Positions 25,884-40,194 of a DNA stretch of 64,000 nucleotides are shown piece after piece. The position numbers and the translations under genes are program-made. This stretch comes from Felis catus (lineage: Eukaryota). Where the stretch lies: assembly GCF_018350175.1 (NCBI RefSeq), contig NC_058369.1:49104001-49168000 (forward strand), written 5' to 3'. The notes beneath the pieces are model-generated. The model was not told where the DNA came from and searched no databases. It saw nothing but the letters and a program-made list of their open reading frames with translations. The stretch's first letter is position 1. The number at the start of each line of letters is the position of its first letter.

Positions 25884-25989
25884 AAAAAGGTATGGGGAAT
25901 TTCAGCTAAATTTGTTCATTGGCATTTATTCTATGAATTAATTTTCTGACTTAATTAAAGTCATATTTAATTTATATTTTTATTTAAGT

Positions 25990-26400
25990 TATTTAATACA
26001 TGTATTTTTCAGGACTGTTGATCACAAGTAACAGAAATGCCATTGAAAGTGTTTCAGCATAGCAGAATTTACTGGCTTGTATAATGGCACAGTCTAGGGA
26101 ATTCATGCTTCAGGCATGGCTGTCTCAAGTAGCTCAAACAGGCTCCTTAGTGATCTCTCTTCTTCTCTTTCTCAGTAATGCTTTTCTTTTTGTTGACTTC
26201 TCTCTCTTAGAAACTCCTTCATTCTTATAGCCTTGCACACTGACATCATTATATCCTACAAACTGCCAGTCCAACAAAAATGAGAGATTTTTATTATGTA
26301 TAATCTCAGTAAAAATGAAATTAAATTCCTCTCCATTCTATAACAATCCCATCCCTGACCCATATTCTGTGGCTAGGAGGTTGGAATGTATCTATTTTTG
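25990..26400 (-). mobile_element. Old MLT1 (K-like) LTR relic
   Basis: cacaagtaacagaaat...ttactggctt...gcttcaggcatggctg...gaccatattctgtggctaggagg. Confidence 0.5.
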
Positions 26401-26409
26401 ACAAAGTGT

Positions 26410-26990
26410 GGTCCCTAGATAACCCCCAGAAACATCACCAAAGATTTGGTTAGAAATACTTATTCTCAGGATAAAGAAATTGTGGTTTATATACACAATG
26501 GAATACTACGTGGCAATGAGAAAAAATTAAATATGGCCTTTTGTAGCAACGTGGATGGAACTGGAGAGTGTGATGCTAAGTGAAATAAGCCATACAGAGA
26601 AAGACAGATACCATATGGTTTCACTCTTATGTGGATCCTGAGAAACTTAACAGAAACCCATGGGGGAGGGGGAAGGAAAAAAAAAAAAGAGGTTAGAGTG
26701 GGAGAGAGCCAAAGCATAAGAGACTCTTAAAAACTGAGAACAAACTGAGGGTTGATGGGGGGGTGGGAGGGAGGAGAGGGTGGGTGATGGGTATTGAGGA
26801 GGGCACCTTTTGGGATGAGCACTGGGTGTTGTATGGAAACCAATTTGTCAATAAATTTCATATATAAAAAAAAAATACTTATTCTCAGATCCCTTCTATA
26901 CCCAGTCAAAAAATCCTACTGTGGGACCCAGTACACTGGGTGGTAAGGAACCCTCCTAGTGAAGCATTCTCAAGCTTGAGAACCCCTGCT
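26410..26990. mobile_element. MER5A relic split by the L1 insertion
   Basis: cagaaacatcacc...ttggttagaaatacttattctcag[L1]atccc...gggaccc...aagcttgagaacccctg. Confidence 0.5.
26470..26872 (+). mobile_element. Young 5'-truncated felid LINE-1 (end of ORF2 + 3' UTR), 403 bp
   Basis: IKKLWFIYTMEYYVAMRKN*IWPFVATWMELESVMLSEISHTEKDRYHMVSLLCGS* (one premature TAA); G-rich 3' UTR; AATAAA at 26850-26855; A tail; perfect 16-bp TSD AAATACTTATTCTCAG (26454-26469 / 26873-26888). Confidence 0.97.
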
Positions 26991-27794
26991 GTACATTAAC
27001 TGGCCAAGACTGGGTCATGTGAGCAACCCCTGGAGCTTCAGTGTAAGTTTTATCTCACAGCAAGCATGTAGAAAAGAGTTCTGAGGAACCAGTATCAGGA
27101 AAGAGGAAGAGTAGATGGTGTGCTGACAAGTAAGAGATCTCTGCTACAATGAAATTTCAGCCTGCCACTACTTTTTCTTTGTTTCTAATGACATTATTTC
27201 TCAGAACACTGTTGATTATGAATTCCCCTCTAGAAAACCACTATTCTAATTAAAGCCAATCAACATTCATCCTCCTCTAGGGTACAGTATTTTAGTTTTA
27301 AATTTCATCTCTGAATAGGTAGGTACGTGGCCAATATTGAAAGGTTTCCAGACCATATTTTTTTTTTATTCAAATGCTTACCAATTACTTAGATATGGCC
27401 AACTACCATTATATACCCTTCAGTAATGAACCTTATTACTCCTATGTGATAAATAATAGACTAAAATGAATTTGCTTCAAAATTTCTCATTGATAATGGC
27501 AGTGATGCCTACAGAATTTTAGGAAAGGTAGTCAACATTGCAATATCACCTAAAATAATTTTAAAACAAATTTTTAAAAAGCAGCTGATAATGGAGATGC
27601 ATGTAACATTTCACATTACTTAAAATTTGTGTTTTGATTTATCATTTGTTAAAGATTTGTTAAAGATCCAAAGGTAGTTGGGTTTTTTTTTGTTCGTTTG
27701 TTTTGTTTTTTGTTTTTTCCTTTTAGTATATTCTTATTTGGAATGTGTAGGGTAGGTATAGGTAATATGTATTTTTTAACAGTTGCCACAGGAA

Positions 27795-27989
27795 TTTTTT
27801 ATTATTATTATTTCTTTATTTTGAGAGACAGAAAGAGCACGAGCTGGCAAAGGGCAGAGAGAGAGAGGGAGAGAGAATCCCAAGCAGGCTCCATACTGAT
27901 TTGGGGCTTGATCCACGAACTGTGAGATCATGACCTGAGCAGAAATCAAGAGTCTGGATGCTTAACTGACTGAGCCACCCAGGTGCCCC
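27795..27989 (-). mobile_element. Can-SINE just upstream of the GRM7 exon
   Basis: T-rich tail...gagagacaga...gagatcatgacctgagcagaaatcaagag...gagccacccaggtgcccc; degenerate TSD ccacagg(g)aa. Confidence 0.94.
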
Positions 27990-28196
27990 AACCACAGGGA
28001 AATCTTAAAATCAGGCATGTTTGGCATACTCCATAGTAGCAAAAAGTAAGGATGCTGTGGTGGAATAGTTGGGGTCAAATCTTGGTCTTAGTTCAAACTA
28101 ACTGTAGGGAGGTGGGTAGTTCTTTAGCCTTGTCAAGTCTCAAATGCTGCTTCTATCATTGTTGTTGTTTCCTTCTCTCCCTTTTCTCTTAACTAA

Positions 28197-29225
<1,029 letters not shown>

Positions 29226-29633
29226 TGAAACCAAATTGATTGTATAAAGCAAGAAGTTTTATATCCTGAATTACTAGGCTTCAGTGCTACAGGAATCTAA
29301 AATCTGCAGGGAACTGTGCCACATTCATTTCACTGGAAACCAACAAGAGGTAGCTTTTTCAAGTTAATTTGTGATGGAATTATTCAGTGTAGCAAGAGCT
29401 CATCCAGTATAAAATCATGCAGTCTGTCCAAATGAAATCTTCCTAGTCATTCATTACCTGCCCTCTCTTCTTACACATATATTTCCTTGGGATAGGAGAA
29501 AAAGGCCACAGTGCTTCACTAGGATGAAGATGGTCATTACTAGCTCTCTCTGTCTTGTTAGTGACTTTCTAGGTTTTCACCGCGGTTTGGACCTAGTTTG
29601 TGAGCAACACAACATACTAGAAGTTCCATTTGC

Positions 29634-29637
<4 letters not shown>

Positions 29638-29679
<42 letters not shown>

Positions 29680-29695
29680 CACACACACATATATG
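29638..29695. repeat. Compound (TA)n(CA)n microsatellite
   Basis: About 18 TA units followed by cacatacacacacacatatat. Confidence 0.97.
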
Positions 29696-29708
29696 ATTAT
29701 ATTTCATA

Positions 29709-29853
29709 NNNNNNNNNNNNNNNNNNNNNNNNNNNNNNNNNNNNNNNNNNNNNNNNNNNNNNNNNNNNNNNNNNNNNNNNNNNNNNNNNNNNNNNNNNNN
29801 NNNNNNNNNNNNNNNNNNNNNNNNNNNNNNNNNNNNNNNNNNNNNNNNNNNNN
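29709..29853. other. Assembly gap (145 N)
   Basis: Run of N just after a (TA)n(CA)n microsatellite. Confidence 1.
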
Positions 29854-32800
29854 GAGTTTTGGTTATCACTGTATCCTGGGCTCCCTAAAGCTAGATATAC
29901 ATCTGTCACATCAAGTGATTCAGAGTGATATGAGAGACTCAACTTTCTAGCCATGGGAGGGACAGTATGTAGTACAGCAGGTGTCATCAAACTGTGGAAA
30001 CTCAAAGTTGGCAAAATTAGTGGACCCTAATATGTTGGTCCTAGATATGGTTAGTGTGCATTCTACCCCTCCCCCCCCCATATAGTTATACAGTTTTATG
30101 AGTCTGTAGTTAGGCAGCCCTAATGTGTTGATTCTTAAAGCAATTAATATATGTCTAGCTGTAGGTTCAAATGCAATTAGGCACTGCTAAAGCCTTGATT
30201 CTACATGAGATTCCTACACATCTTTTATACTCACCTGGATTTGGTTTTTTGTATATGCAAATTGGGCAGTTCTAATGTGGTGATCTTAATAAGATGTGCT
30301 GTCCTTCATTCCTTAAAGTCAGCTCTGGCATGGCGGTACAGCTAAAGCCAGAACCAAGACCTAGAGCACTAAATGGAACACTGTATAAGAGAGGGCATGC
30401 ATATAGCTTGATTAGAAGTGAAAATGTAGGGAGTGTAGCCTGATTCTGTGTTACTTTGTAGGAGTCTCTGAAGCATTCAAGGATTTAGTGCCCTAAATGA
30501 GGAAAACAAGGATTGAAGTAGGAATCTCTACAAATTCACAAATCTGTGCCTCTAGGAATTCATTGAATCTGAATTTTTCATTATTACTTCTCTTCTCATA
30601 TAATCCTGTAAATTATTAATGACCTTTGACTGGTGTTCCAATGGAGAAGATGTCTCTCATCTAAATTGTGTGATTCAGAAGCCATCAGTTTGGACTGTGT
30701 GGGGTTTGGGTTTTTTTTGTTTGTTTTTAATGAGTATCTCGTAAAACCACAGAGAATTCTGAAACCAAGGACAGTGAATGGTTCCAGATATGATTTTAGT
30801 CATGAATGTCTTAGAGGAAGTTCTAAAATACATGCTCAACAAGCATAGTATGTTTCCAACAGTATGTTTCAAATTCATAATGCATGTTTACTGTCTGTGA
30901 AACCAACCTGAATTGCATTTTATTGCTTCTATCTATCCCTGGGCCAAGGGAATAGTAAAATATGAGTTAGGGTAGTGAAATGCAATAGAGAGAAAAAGGA
31001 AAAGAATTTCCCAAACGTATGCTAGTAAGTTGATAACCATTGAACTTTTTATGGGAAATGATGTGTATTATCAAAGCCTATGAAGATAATAATTATTTTT
31101 TATTAAAACAAACACAAATCCCTATGTAACAGGCTAAAAACATTAAATCCTTTTCTTATAAATTTATTGTTGGGGAATAGAAAAGGCAGGAGTACCTGCA
31201 GTTTTATAGATGGTCCCTGTTGTAATGATATTTGACAATTCAAGTCTCTACCCTTTAATTTGTCATTTCTAGCCCTTTCTGGTCATGACTGTGAATCCTT
31301 TCTGTAAGATCATGGGTATAGTAGACTCATTTAAATACCTGAAAGTGATATAGGGCTTCAGGAATTGAATTCACTGGTTCCAGTTGTTATGTAAGACTTT
31401 GAGCTGGTTGAACTGAACTACAGCAATAAGTAGGCTGTCTTTAAGCAGTGTGCTTTGTATCCTAGAGTTTTGAAGGCATGTATGTTTTTCTTTGTATACT
31501 CTCAATGGTTTGTGATGTCTTACGTGGTTGATTGGCACAATTGAAGGTACTAAATTGCCAAATGGGAACAGTGAATTTTATATGGAAATTCACACATCTT
31601 AAAGATAGGCATATGGCTAGAGAAGCATGAGTGATAAATTTAAAATATTTTTTGTACATGAAACCATGGAATTTAAATTGTGGAAGGCGGCAAATTGACA
31701 AATGCAACAGAGATCACAGAAAAAGGCATCATTGCCAAGCTAAAAATATTCAGAATCACAGCCCTTCCATTTCTGTTTAGATTGAAGAGTCTAAGTGTTT
31801 AAGTGAAAGAATTCCATTGTAACAAAAATAAAGGATTAGGCGGTGATTTCAGTAATAACTATTTACTGTTTTAGGAAATTGAAATCATTTTGATTATGAT
31901 AAGGATATCTTTGTGAAGTTTCTCATCAGTTGAGTTCACTAGCACAGCACAAAGGATGAGAAATGTTTATTTTCTCGTGAAATATCAACCCTCAGTATAT
32001 TTTTGCTTTTGTGAAGAAGGATGCAGGAGATTAAAGTTGTCTTGTTTTATTGTTGCTAACCCTGTGATTATGAGGATCATGCAACAAGGTTAGGCATGAT
32101 GAAGGAGGTAAACTTGAGCCATAAGAGAATGATCCCTGGTTTTAGGAATTTCTGTTTAGGTCACTGAGATGATTCAAGGAAACACTGGAAATAATAGAGT
32201 TATAGAAATGTGGGAACTAGCTGGTCTAGTCAAGTGTGGTAATGTCCCATTGCTATATACTGGCAATGGCTACTGGAGGACTAGATTGTTTGCCATGAAA
32301 AAAAAGTCTTTGTTTATGGCTTATCTATCTTTTTTGCATGCCTCCTGGAAAAGAGCTTGGTTCATACAGGGAGGATACAATCTACCCTGCCAAAATAAGA
32401 GAAACCCTGAAGAAGTTAGGTTTATCCAAATCTTTTTAACCAGTTGTCAGGAGAGCTTTCTAGGTAAGCCAGTGTTTTTTTGTTTTTTTGTTTTTTGTTT
32501 TGTTGGTTTTTTTTTACACATGGATGAGGAGAAAACCTTTACACCACTTGGCTCTGCAGAGGCAAAGTAGACCTTGATATAAATGGAGTGGAGTCAGAGG
32601 GTCTCAGAGGTCTTCCCCTCTGTGCATATGTATTTGTTTGGGTAGCAAGGTGGGGAGAGGAAGAGAAGGAAAAGCATTGAGGCATTTTATGTTCAGGGAA
32701 GAATGATGGAAAAAGAGCAGTGGCTGAAAGGAAGGAGTATGTCTTTCTGTAATGCGGCCCACAGGCCATTCTTCATATATCAGAACAGAATCACAAAGAT

Positions 32801-33969
32801 TATAGCACTTAAGTAATAAGATTCTTTGGTTTTCACTGAAGCATTATTCCACGAGGTGACAGAAGAGGGCTACTGCTAGTAATCTCTGAACCAACTCAGG
32901 ATCCTTAATTCCATGGTTCTTAAAATTGTGTGTATGATAATCCCCATTGGAACTTGTCTTTAAAAATATTCCCAACTGGTTCAATAGGGCAGTGGGATGG
33001 GCATAGAACTCTAGACTTCTTAGCAAGCATGCTGGAAGTATGTCAGCACAAACCAAGCATGCTTCTGAAAACTACCTGAACATTTTCTTCCTAATCCACC
33101 GAACATATCATATAAATATTTCCTGATCCCTATTTTTAGAGCCTTTAAGAATAAATTAATTCTCATCTCAAGCAACTGGGAGGTCCAGAGATCAAGGAAC
33201 CAGGAGATCAGAAAGACATTATTCAGAGTCAGAGACAAAGTTTAGACTCAGGAGGTCTGAATGAAGTGTCAACTCATAGGCTTTGGCTAGAGACCTTAAA
33301 AGTCAGGACCAAGACATTGACCCTGCAACCAGAGATAGCAAAGAGACAGGCAGAAAGAAATGTCCACGAGTGTTTCTAGAGGATTTAGACATAAGGCAAC
33401 ATTTTGATCTTCCACATGTGACAGAGCCCCAGAATCTGAACACAGAGTGAACTAATCTAGGACTGACATTAAGGATCAGAAATATTTGGCAGGTAGGTAA
33501 ATATTTCCTAATCTGTGCCCTGGGCAGACAGTGGTAATCAATTATGGCGAGCTTTCTCTAAACCCAGGTGTGGTCTTAAAATCCTTATCAACACAGTCAT
33601 TAGGCAGCCACTACCAGTAAGTCAGAACTGGCAGGAATGTGAAATCCATGTGTCATTTCTGATTATTACTGGACACTGACAAATGACCTTTGATATCTCT
33701 GCCAACTCAGCTGTTTGTTGTCCTTGTGCAAGAGCCATTGGGTGGCTTTCATTAGAATATATCTGCTTAAATATAAAGAATACTCAGGAAAATGGGAGTG
33801 TGCTTGAATTAGTCTTTATCTTGTCTCTGATTATACATCTCTAAGTTTTCAAAGGCCATACAGAAAGGAACAGTCCTAGCTCCCTTTGGGAGTCATATAT
33901 TAGTTTATGCCTCTGCCCTATTTGATTTGATTAAGATTTTCTCATGGTCTTTGAGCACTTGCTCCACCA

Positions 33970-34250
33970 ATTGTGAAATAACCTACTATGTCCCTAGTAT
34001 TCTGTGAAGGACTGGGGAGGAGAGGTGAAGAAGGCACCATGTTCTTCAGTCAGGAACTCAAAAGCTAGTGATCAACAGAGATCTTCAAACCAACTTTGAA
34101 TAGTGTGAGGCACGCTACAGTTGTCAGACGAGGACTGAAGGACAGGCACCCCAGAAACAACTCTACTTCTGATTCATGGAGGAGTGACATGGACTGAAGT
34201 TACCAGGCGGAGGAAGCGCTGTGACAATCCAGTGAGAAATTATATCCCAT
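33970..34250 (-). mobile_element. L2 fragment
   Basis: acctactatgtccctag...tcaggaactcaaaagctagtg...ggaggagtgacatggactgaagt. Confidence 0.55.
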
Positions 34251-35083
34251 GTAAAAAAGTAGGGAGTGGTGTTTTCAACACTTGATGTGTAGAGAGAAGA
34301 GACAGATTGCACTTAAGGCGACTTTGACTCTTGCAAATATGAGGTGTAAGAATAAAATTTAATAAAATCGCATTTTATGGGAAAACTTTAAAACAGTGTG
34401 AACCCCAACATTCCATTCTCAAATTAAACTTTTGGCAAGAATCCCATCTTTCAAAGTGATGGACCAAGTTAATTTTAAATACTCTAGCTTGTAAGCTGAA
34501 ATACCCGCTTTCCCTTCTTAGGGTGAAATATTCCCCTCTGCATATGTTGAATTATGCAAAGTCTTCTCTCTAATGCAATTCTCCCCTCTCTGATGTTGTG
34601 GGCCTGGACCCTGTGACAGAGATAGTGATGCGGTGAAGAGAAAGAAATCCAAATTACGGAGGACTGTGTTTGGATTCTATTTCTGTAAGCCATGGAGAGC
34701 CAACAAAAGGTTTATGAAGGTGGGAGGAACATTAACAGAGGGTATTTTGGAATGTGAATTCCAGGGATCCAGGGACAGTGCTTGAGGATGAGTAAAGGTG
34801 AAACTGCTGGTGTAAAGAAAACTAAGTTAAGTAGCTATTGTAATAGATTGACAAAAGATGGCACTCATTTAAAGAAGGTCTGAGGGAATAGAAAAGATAA
34901 AGCAGGTTTGAAAGCTACTTTGAACGCTTTGAACCTTAAAAGAGTAAGGGAATATAATATGCCTTACCTTTCCTTTTGTGTTATGCTGCTTTGTTACTGG
35001 AATAGAGATATGCTTATAGGTACTTTGTTTCTTTTTTGGAATTCGCAAATAGCATTGCCCACTATTCCATGTTTGAGTTTTGT

Positions 35084-35112
35084 TTTGTTTTGTTTGTTTG
35101 TTTGTTTGTTTT
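35084..35112. repeat. (TTTTG)/(TTTG)n simple repeat
   Basis: ttttgttttgttttgtttgtttgtttgtttgtttt. Confidence 0.9.
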
Positions 35113-36364
35113 CTAACAGCAACTAAATAAGGAAAGAAGAAGGACTCCCTCCCATTATTCTGTCTTCTATATACAGTCATGGCTAACAGTCTGATAACAG
35201 CTTCTGGATATGTAAATACACCAGATTCATACACAAATATAGATGTATTTTAAAACAAAAATTCTGACTTTCTTTTCTGGAAGGCTTGGTAGAACCTCCA
35301 CCTTGCCTGGAAATACATATTGAGAAAAGTGTCCCAGTGCTTAGCTTCCCTTGAGGCCCTTTGTGCACTCATGCTGTGATGGGCAAGGGGGCCAGTGGTT
35401 GAGGCCTTGCTTCTGTTGTTTAGTTTTGTCTGTTCAAATTTATAGTAGAAGCATATGGAACAATCTCCTTTCTGCTTCCTCCTGTGACCCTCATGATAAC
35501 TGAGCTTCTCTCCAAACAGCCCTCTGAAACCAGCTGTTTGCACGTCTGGTGTTAGTCAGTGGCTTGAGATAGTGCTGTCCTATACTCTCCTCCTGAAATT
35601 AATTTTGGGTGCAGTCACCTAGGATAATGGGAGTCTTTACCATCTTAGTCCCTTCCTTTATCTGGAATAGGTACTTCAGCAGGTAAATGCAAGAGCCGTT
35701 GTAAAACTGAACTGAGTGAGACTAACAAGGAAATAACTTACTATATTAAAACAAAGTCCCCACCATTCAAGGTTTAAACAGAGAAGTGCTCAAGAAAGAG
35801 AAATTGCTGCTAAAGGGAAAAACTAAGCAAGTCTTGAATCGGTCCCCTGTGAAGTATACTGGAGAGCCTAGCTTTCCCATGAAAGTGTCTTTTACTGTGA
35901 GATCTTAGCCTCCAAGAGACACCAGTCACAAGGATGCAGACCTCACTTTTATAACTAGTAGTGGGATGTTCAGAGAAATCCCTGTTGATTGGCATCTCTC
36001 AAGCATCACAGGCTACCTATCATTTTCAGAAACAACTCTTCTTAAAGCATGGGAAATGATAGCAGAACACTGTCTGCTGATGAGCAGTTGGGGGCCTGCC
36101 AAATCCAGGTTTGGGGTCCTAAGATACCTATAGTGCAGAGCCTAACACCGGTCTACTTAGTGTTTTGTTCAGGTCCCAGATGCCCTGTGGTCCTAGAAGA
36201 CAGTTCCTCCATCACCCATCATGCTGTGGTGCTCTGGACCTATTTCACTGTACCTTGTGACTGTGTCATTTAACCTTTGTGGTCCTAGGTTCTTCCATCT
36301 GTAGTCATTCCTACTTGTAGATTTATGTAAGAGAAAATGAGAACTTTAAATTGCTTAATACAGT

Positions 36365-36910
36365 GTTCATAAAACTGATGATAACATGGGCTGGTAAAGA
36401 TGTGGAATAACTGGAACTCTCATGTGCTGCTAATGGGAATGTAAAAGTTAGTCAATCACTTTGGAAAATAGTTTGGGAGGTTCTTAAAATATTAAGCATA
36501 CACCTATTGTGCTACGCTAGCTATTCCTCCTATTTCTTTACCCATGAGAAATGAAAGAATATGTCCACACAGATTTGCATGTAATTTTTTTGTATGTTTA
36601 ATAGTCAAAAAATTGGAACAACCCAAATGCCCATCAATAGCTGAATAGATGAACAAGTCATGGTCAGGCGATAAAATGGAATACTACTCTGAAGTAAAAA
36701 GCAATAGATTATTGATCTATCCAACAGCATGGATAAGTCCCAAATAATTATGCTCAAAGAATACAGGCAAAAAGAGTATGCACTATATAATTACACTTAT
36801 ACCAAAAGAGTTTTAACATTGGAATTAATCTTTAGTGAGAGAAAGGAGGTCATTTGTTGGCTGGGGATGGGTGGGGGGCTGAAGAATTACAAAAGAACAC
36901 AAGGAGCTTT
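36365..36910 (+). mobile_element. Ancient L1M (L1MC/ME-like) 3' fragment
   Basis: ggtaaagatgtggaataactggaactctc...tgggaatgtaaaa...actttggaaaatagtttgg...aacaacccaaatgcccatcaatag...aatggaatactactc. Confidence 0.85.
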
Positions 36911-37464
36911 ACATATTAATAAAAGCTGTTAAAAATCTCCTTGCTAGAAACCCTCTTCTTTGCTCTTCCTCTTTTCTTGAGCCTTACTCATTAAGTGCTT
37001 TTATTATACCTAGTGGCCTATTTGCACAGTACTGAAACTATAAATTGCATTGGCAATAAGGCCACAATTGTACAGATGGGTTACAGTAGAAGAGCACTTC
37101 AAACACTCTCTAGCACATGGTAAATGCTCAGTAAAGGAGAACTGTATCCTTCCACCCTAGGCTCACCTTAGCAAAAATTTCTTTCTAGGTCAAGGCAGGA
37201 GAGTCTGCAGAAGGTAACATAGTCCTGTATTTGGGGAAACTGAAAGTAGAGGAGTTAGTATGAATTAGCAGGATGACAGGATCTAACTCTGAAGAGGCAG
37301 GTAGAGGTGAAATCTTGAAGGACCCCACATGCTTGATTTTGTTTATAAGGCAAGCAGGGGAAAGCGGCCGTCAATGAATTTTAGGGCAGGGATATGTGTG
37401 ACATGTTCGATTTATGCTTTCAAAAGATTACTCTTTCCTTATGAGTAAGCATTTGCATGATAGT

Positions 37465-38285
37465 TGTGATATTGTGATTTATAATAAGAAATGTGTATTT
37501 ACTCTTTGTTCCATTTCTGGCACAGAGCTTCTACTAACTCTGGAATTTCCAAAGAGATGAAAGCAATAGGGTGTCTTTTTTTATGTTAATGAGGTGACTT
37601 TTTGGACCCTACTGAAGGATGGAGTCTGGTTACCAAGAGAGCCAACCATGTGATTAGAGAGTTGGAACTTTCAGTCCCACTTCCTGGCCCCTGGGAAGGA
37701 CTGGAGGTTGAATGGATTGCCACTGACCAATGATTTAATCAATAATGCCTATGTAATGAAGCCTCCATAAAAACCCAAGAGGACAGGGTTTGGAGAGCCT
37801 CCAGGTTGATGAATACTTTAAGATTTGGGGAGAATAGCATGCTCTGAGGGCAGGGAATTTCTGCTCCCTTTTCCAGTACCTATTCACTATGCATCTCTCT
37901 CATCAGGCTGTTCCTGAGTTATATCCTTTTATAAAACATACACACACAAACACCAAACAAGCAAACAAAAACACCCAGTAATGTAGTAAGGAAGATATTT
38001 TTGCATTCTGTTAGCTACTCTAGCAAATGAATTCAAGCCTAAGGAGAGTGTTGTTGGAACCCCTAATCTATAGCCAAAGGTGGTAAGCACAGGTGACAAC
38101 ATGGACTCGAGACGGGCATCTGAAGTGGGGGTGGGAAGGTGCCGTCTTGTGGTACTGAGCCCTTAACCTGTAGAGTCTGATGCAATCTCCAAGTAGAGAG
38201 TGTCAGAATTGGGTAGAATTGTAGGACACCCATCAGGTTTCAAAGCTTTGCTTGGTGGTGAGGGGGAAAAAATCCAGACATGAGA
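37465..38285 (+). mobile_element. MER21 (B/C-like) ERVL solo LTR, sense orientation
   Basis: tgtgatattgtgatttataataagaaat...ctggcacagagct...ggaatttcc...aaccatgtgattagagagttggaactttcagtccc...ccaatgatttaatcaat...gcctatgtaatgaagcctccataaaaacc...gagcccttaacctgtagagtctgatgc. Confidence 0.85.
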
Positions 38286-39901
38286 GCTGAATGCACAACC
38301 TTAATATGTGAAATTCTACCCTGGGGAGATAGACAGTGGTTACCAGTGATGATTTAAATGGACTTTCCTTATGTTTAGGCTTTTATTTATTAATTTTTAT
38401 TTTTTATTTTTCCTATGTTTAGAGTTTTAGATTCATGATAGTACAGTATACAACTCAAAGGATAAGGATGACTGAGAACAGTCTCTTAGAGAAAAACATT
38501 GGACCAGAGCTGCAAACCACTGGTTCTTCCCTTTACTTCCCATTTAGTAAAGGAGCCAAACAAACCTCCCACATCTGGGAGTAATACCTCGGATCTGAAA
38601 ATTATGACCCTGCTCCCTTCCCTGCTCCAGAAGATGGCTGGTGGGGAGGAAACTTGGAACACTGCATCCAGTCTGTATCCTCTGTCCCCAGGTAGAGAGG
38701 TACCCACAGGAGAGACTATACCACAGTAGTAGTTGATTTATATTATTGGTATTGGTAAGAATGGCTTTGAAGAGGATATACTCTAAATACTGTACTGTAC
38801 TATACACAGTCTTCCTTGTTTTGGCTATCATCAGTGTGTTGCCACCAGTCTAGCTTTTTCCAAGGATAATTAATGGGTCTTTGGCTTTTGAATTGTAAGG
38901 AGTTCCTAATGAATAAAGCTGACTGGCAGCTGACTGGCAGTTGGATCTTAGAATCAGGATGCATGCCAACTGCTGTGGAGTTGCACACCCTCAGATGGCC
39001 AGGTTTGTTAACCTGTACTTTGGTAGCATTCTACCCTAGTTTAGTGTCACATTTGGCCCTCTAGGTCTGACTGAGTTTGGCCATAAAACCATGGGGAAGT
39101 CAGTGCATCAAGAAGTGAGCAACCTCAAATTTTACACAATGATCTAATTACAGACTTCAGAGAGGGCTCCTATGAATTCCTCAACTCTGAAAAAAAGTCA
39201 CACTTTCCTATTTAGGTCTCGTGTACATGGAGTTGTTGGGGAAGAGAAGGGTATACAGTCAACCGAGAAATTACAAGGCAAGGCTGAGAGTACACTGTAT
39301 CAAGGAATGTAAAGGACAAATCAATACCACTAAATTAGCAATTCCTTGAGATTCTCAAATATCTCTATATATTCAAAGGAGGAACCTTAGGCACAATGGG
39401 TTATCCGTAAAAATCTGTTTGATGGGCAACTGAGTTCCTGAAACAAGAAGTCCCATTTTCCTTCTTGTATTGCAGGCTCTCCAATTTCACTTGGAACTTT
39501 GATGTGATAGCACTTTTCTGATTTGTCACTTTCAGGAAGCTGATAATGTTTCCAATGAGGCTTGATTTATATATAAGAAGTCAGTCATTCATACCTGGGA
39601 GATTCTGGCTAACAAACCCAAAACCCCAGATCAGTTTGTGATGATTGGGTTTTAGCATCCAAGACTACATATTTAAGCTAGCTAAATCTTCCAATTCTAT
39701 ACAGTCCATTGTGTTTCTCTGGTAACCTTCCCAGTCCCCTGTCAAATTGACTCGGTTGGAACACCATGGCCAAATGGCATTGTTGATGAGGCAAGGGCTG
39801 CTGTCTGCTGCTGGACCAAACACCAGATGAGTAGAGTGTTTCATTTTGACTCAGAAATAAGATAATTATCTCTTGGTTTAATGTTCCAGATTTTAAGATG
39901 G

Positions 39902-40194
39902 NNNNNNNNNNNNNNNNNNNNNNNNNNNNNNNNNNNNNNNNNNNNNNNNNNNNNNNNNNNNNNNNNNNNNNNNNNNNNNNNNNNNNNNNNNNNNNNNNNN
40001 NNNNNNNNNNNNNNNNNNNNNNNNNNNNNNNNNNNNNNNNNNNNNNNNNNNNNNNNNNNNNNNNNNNNNNNNNNNNNNNNNNNNNNNNNNNNNNNNNNNN
40101 NNNNNNNNNNNNNNNNNNNNNNNNNNNNNNNNNNNNNNNNNNNNNNNNNNNNNNNNNNNNNNNNNNNNNNNNNNNNNNNNNNNNNNNNNNNNNN
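39902..40194. other. Assembly gap (293 N)
   Basis: Run of N. Confidence 1.

Noticed and set aside
38364-38422. Near-direct repeat ttcct(t)atgtttag around a T-rich tract, resembling a tail-only retroposon
   Set aside because: The geometry does not fit an L1-endonuclease TSD; local duplication and slippage is simpler.
39451-39502. Acceptor-like ttttccttcttgtattgcAG followed by ALQFHLEL-stop
   Set aside because: No good paired donor or poly(A) signal nearby; typical pseudo-acceptor.
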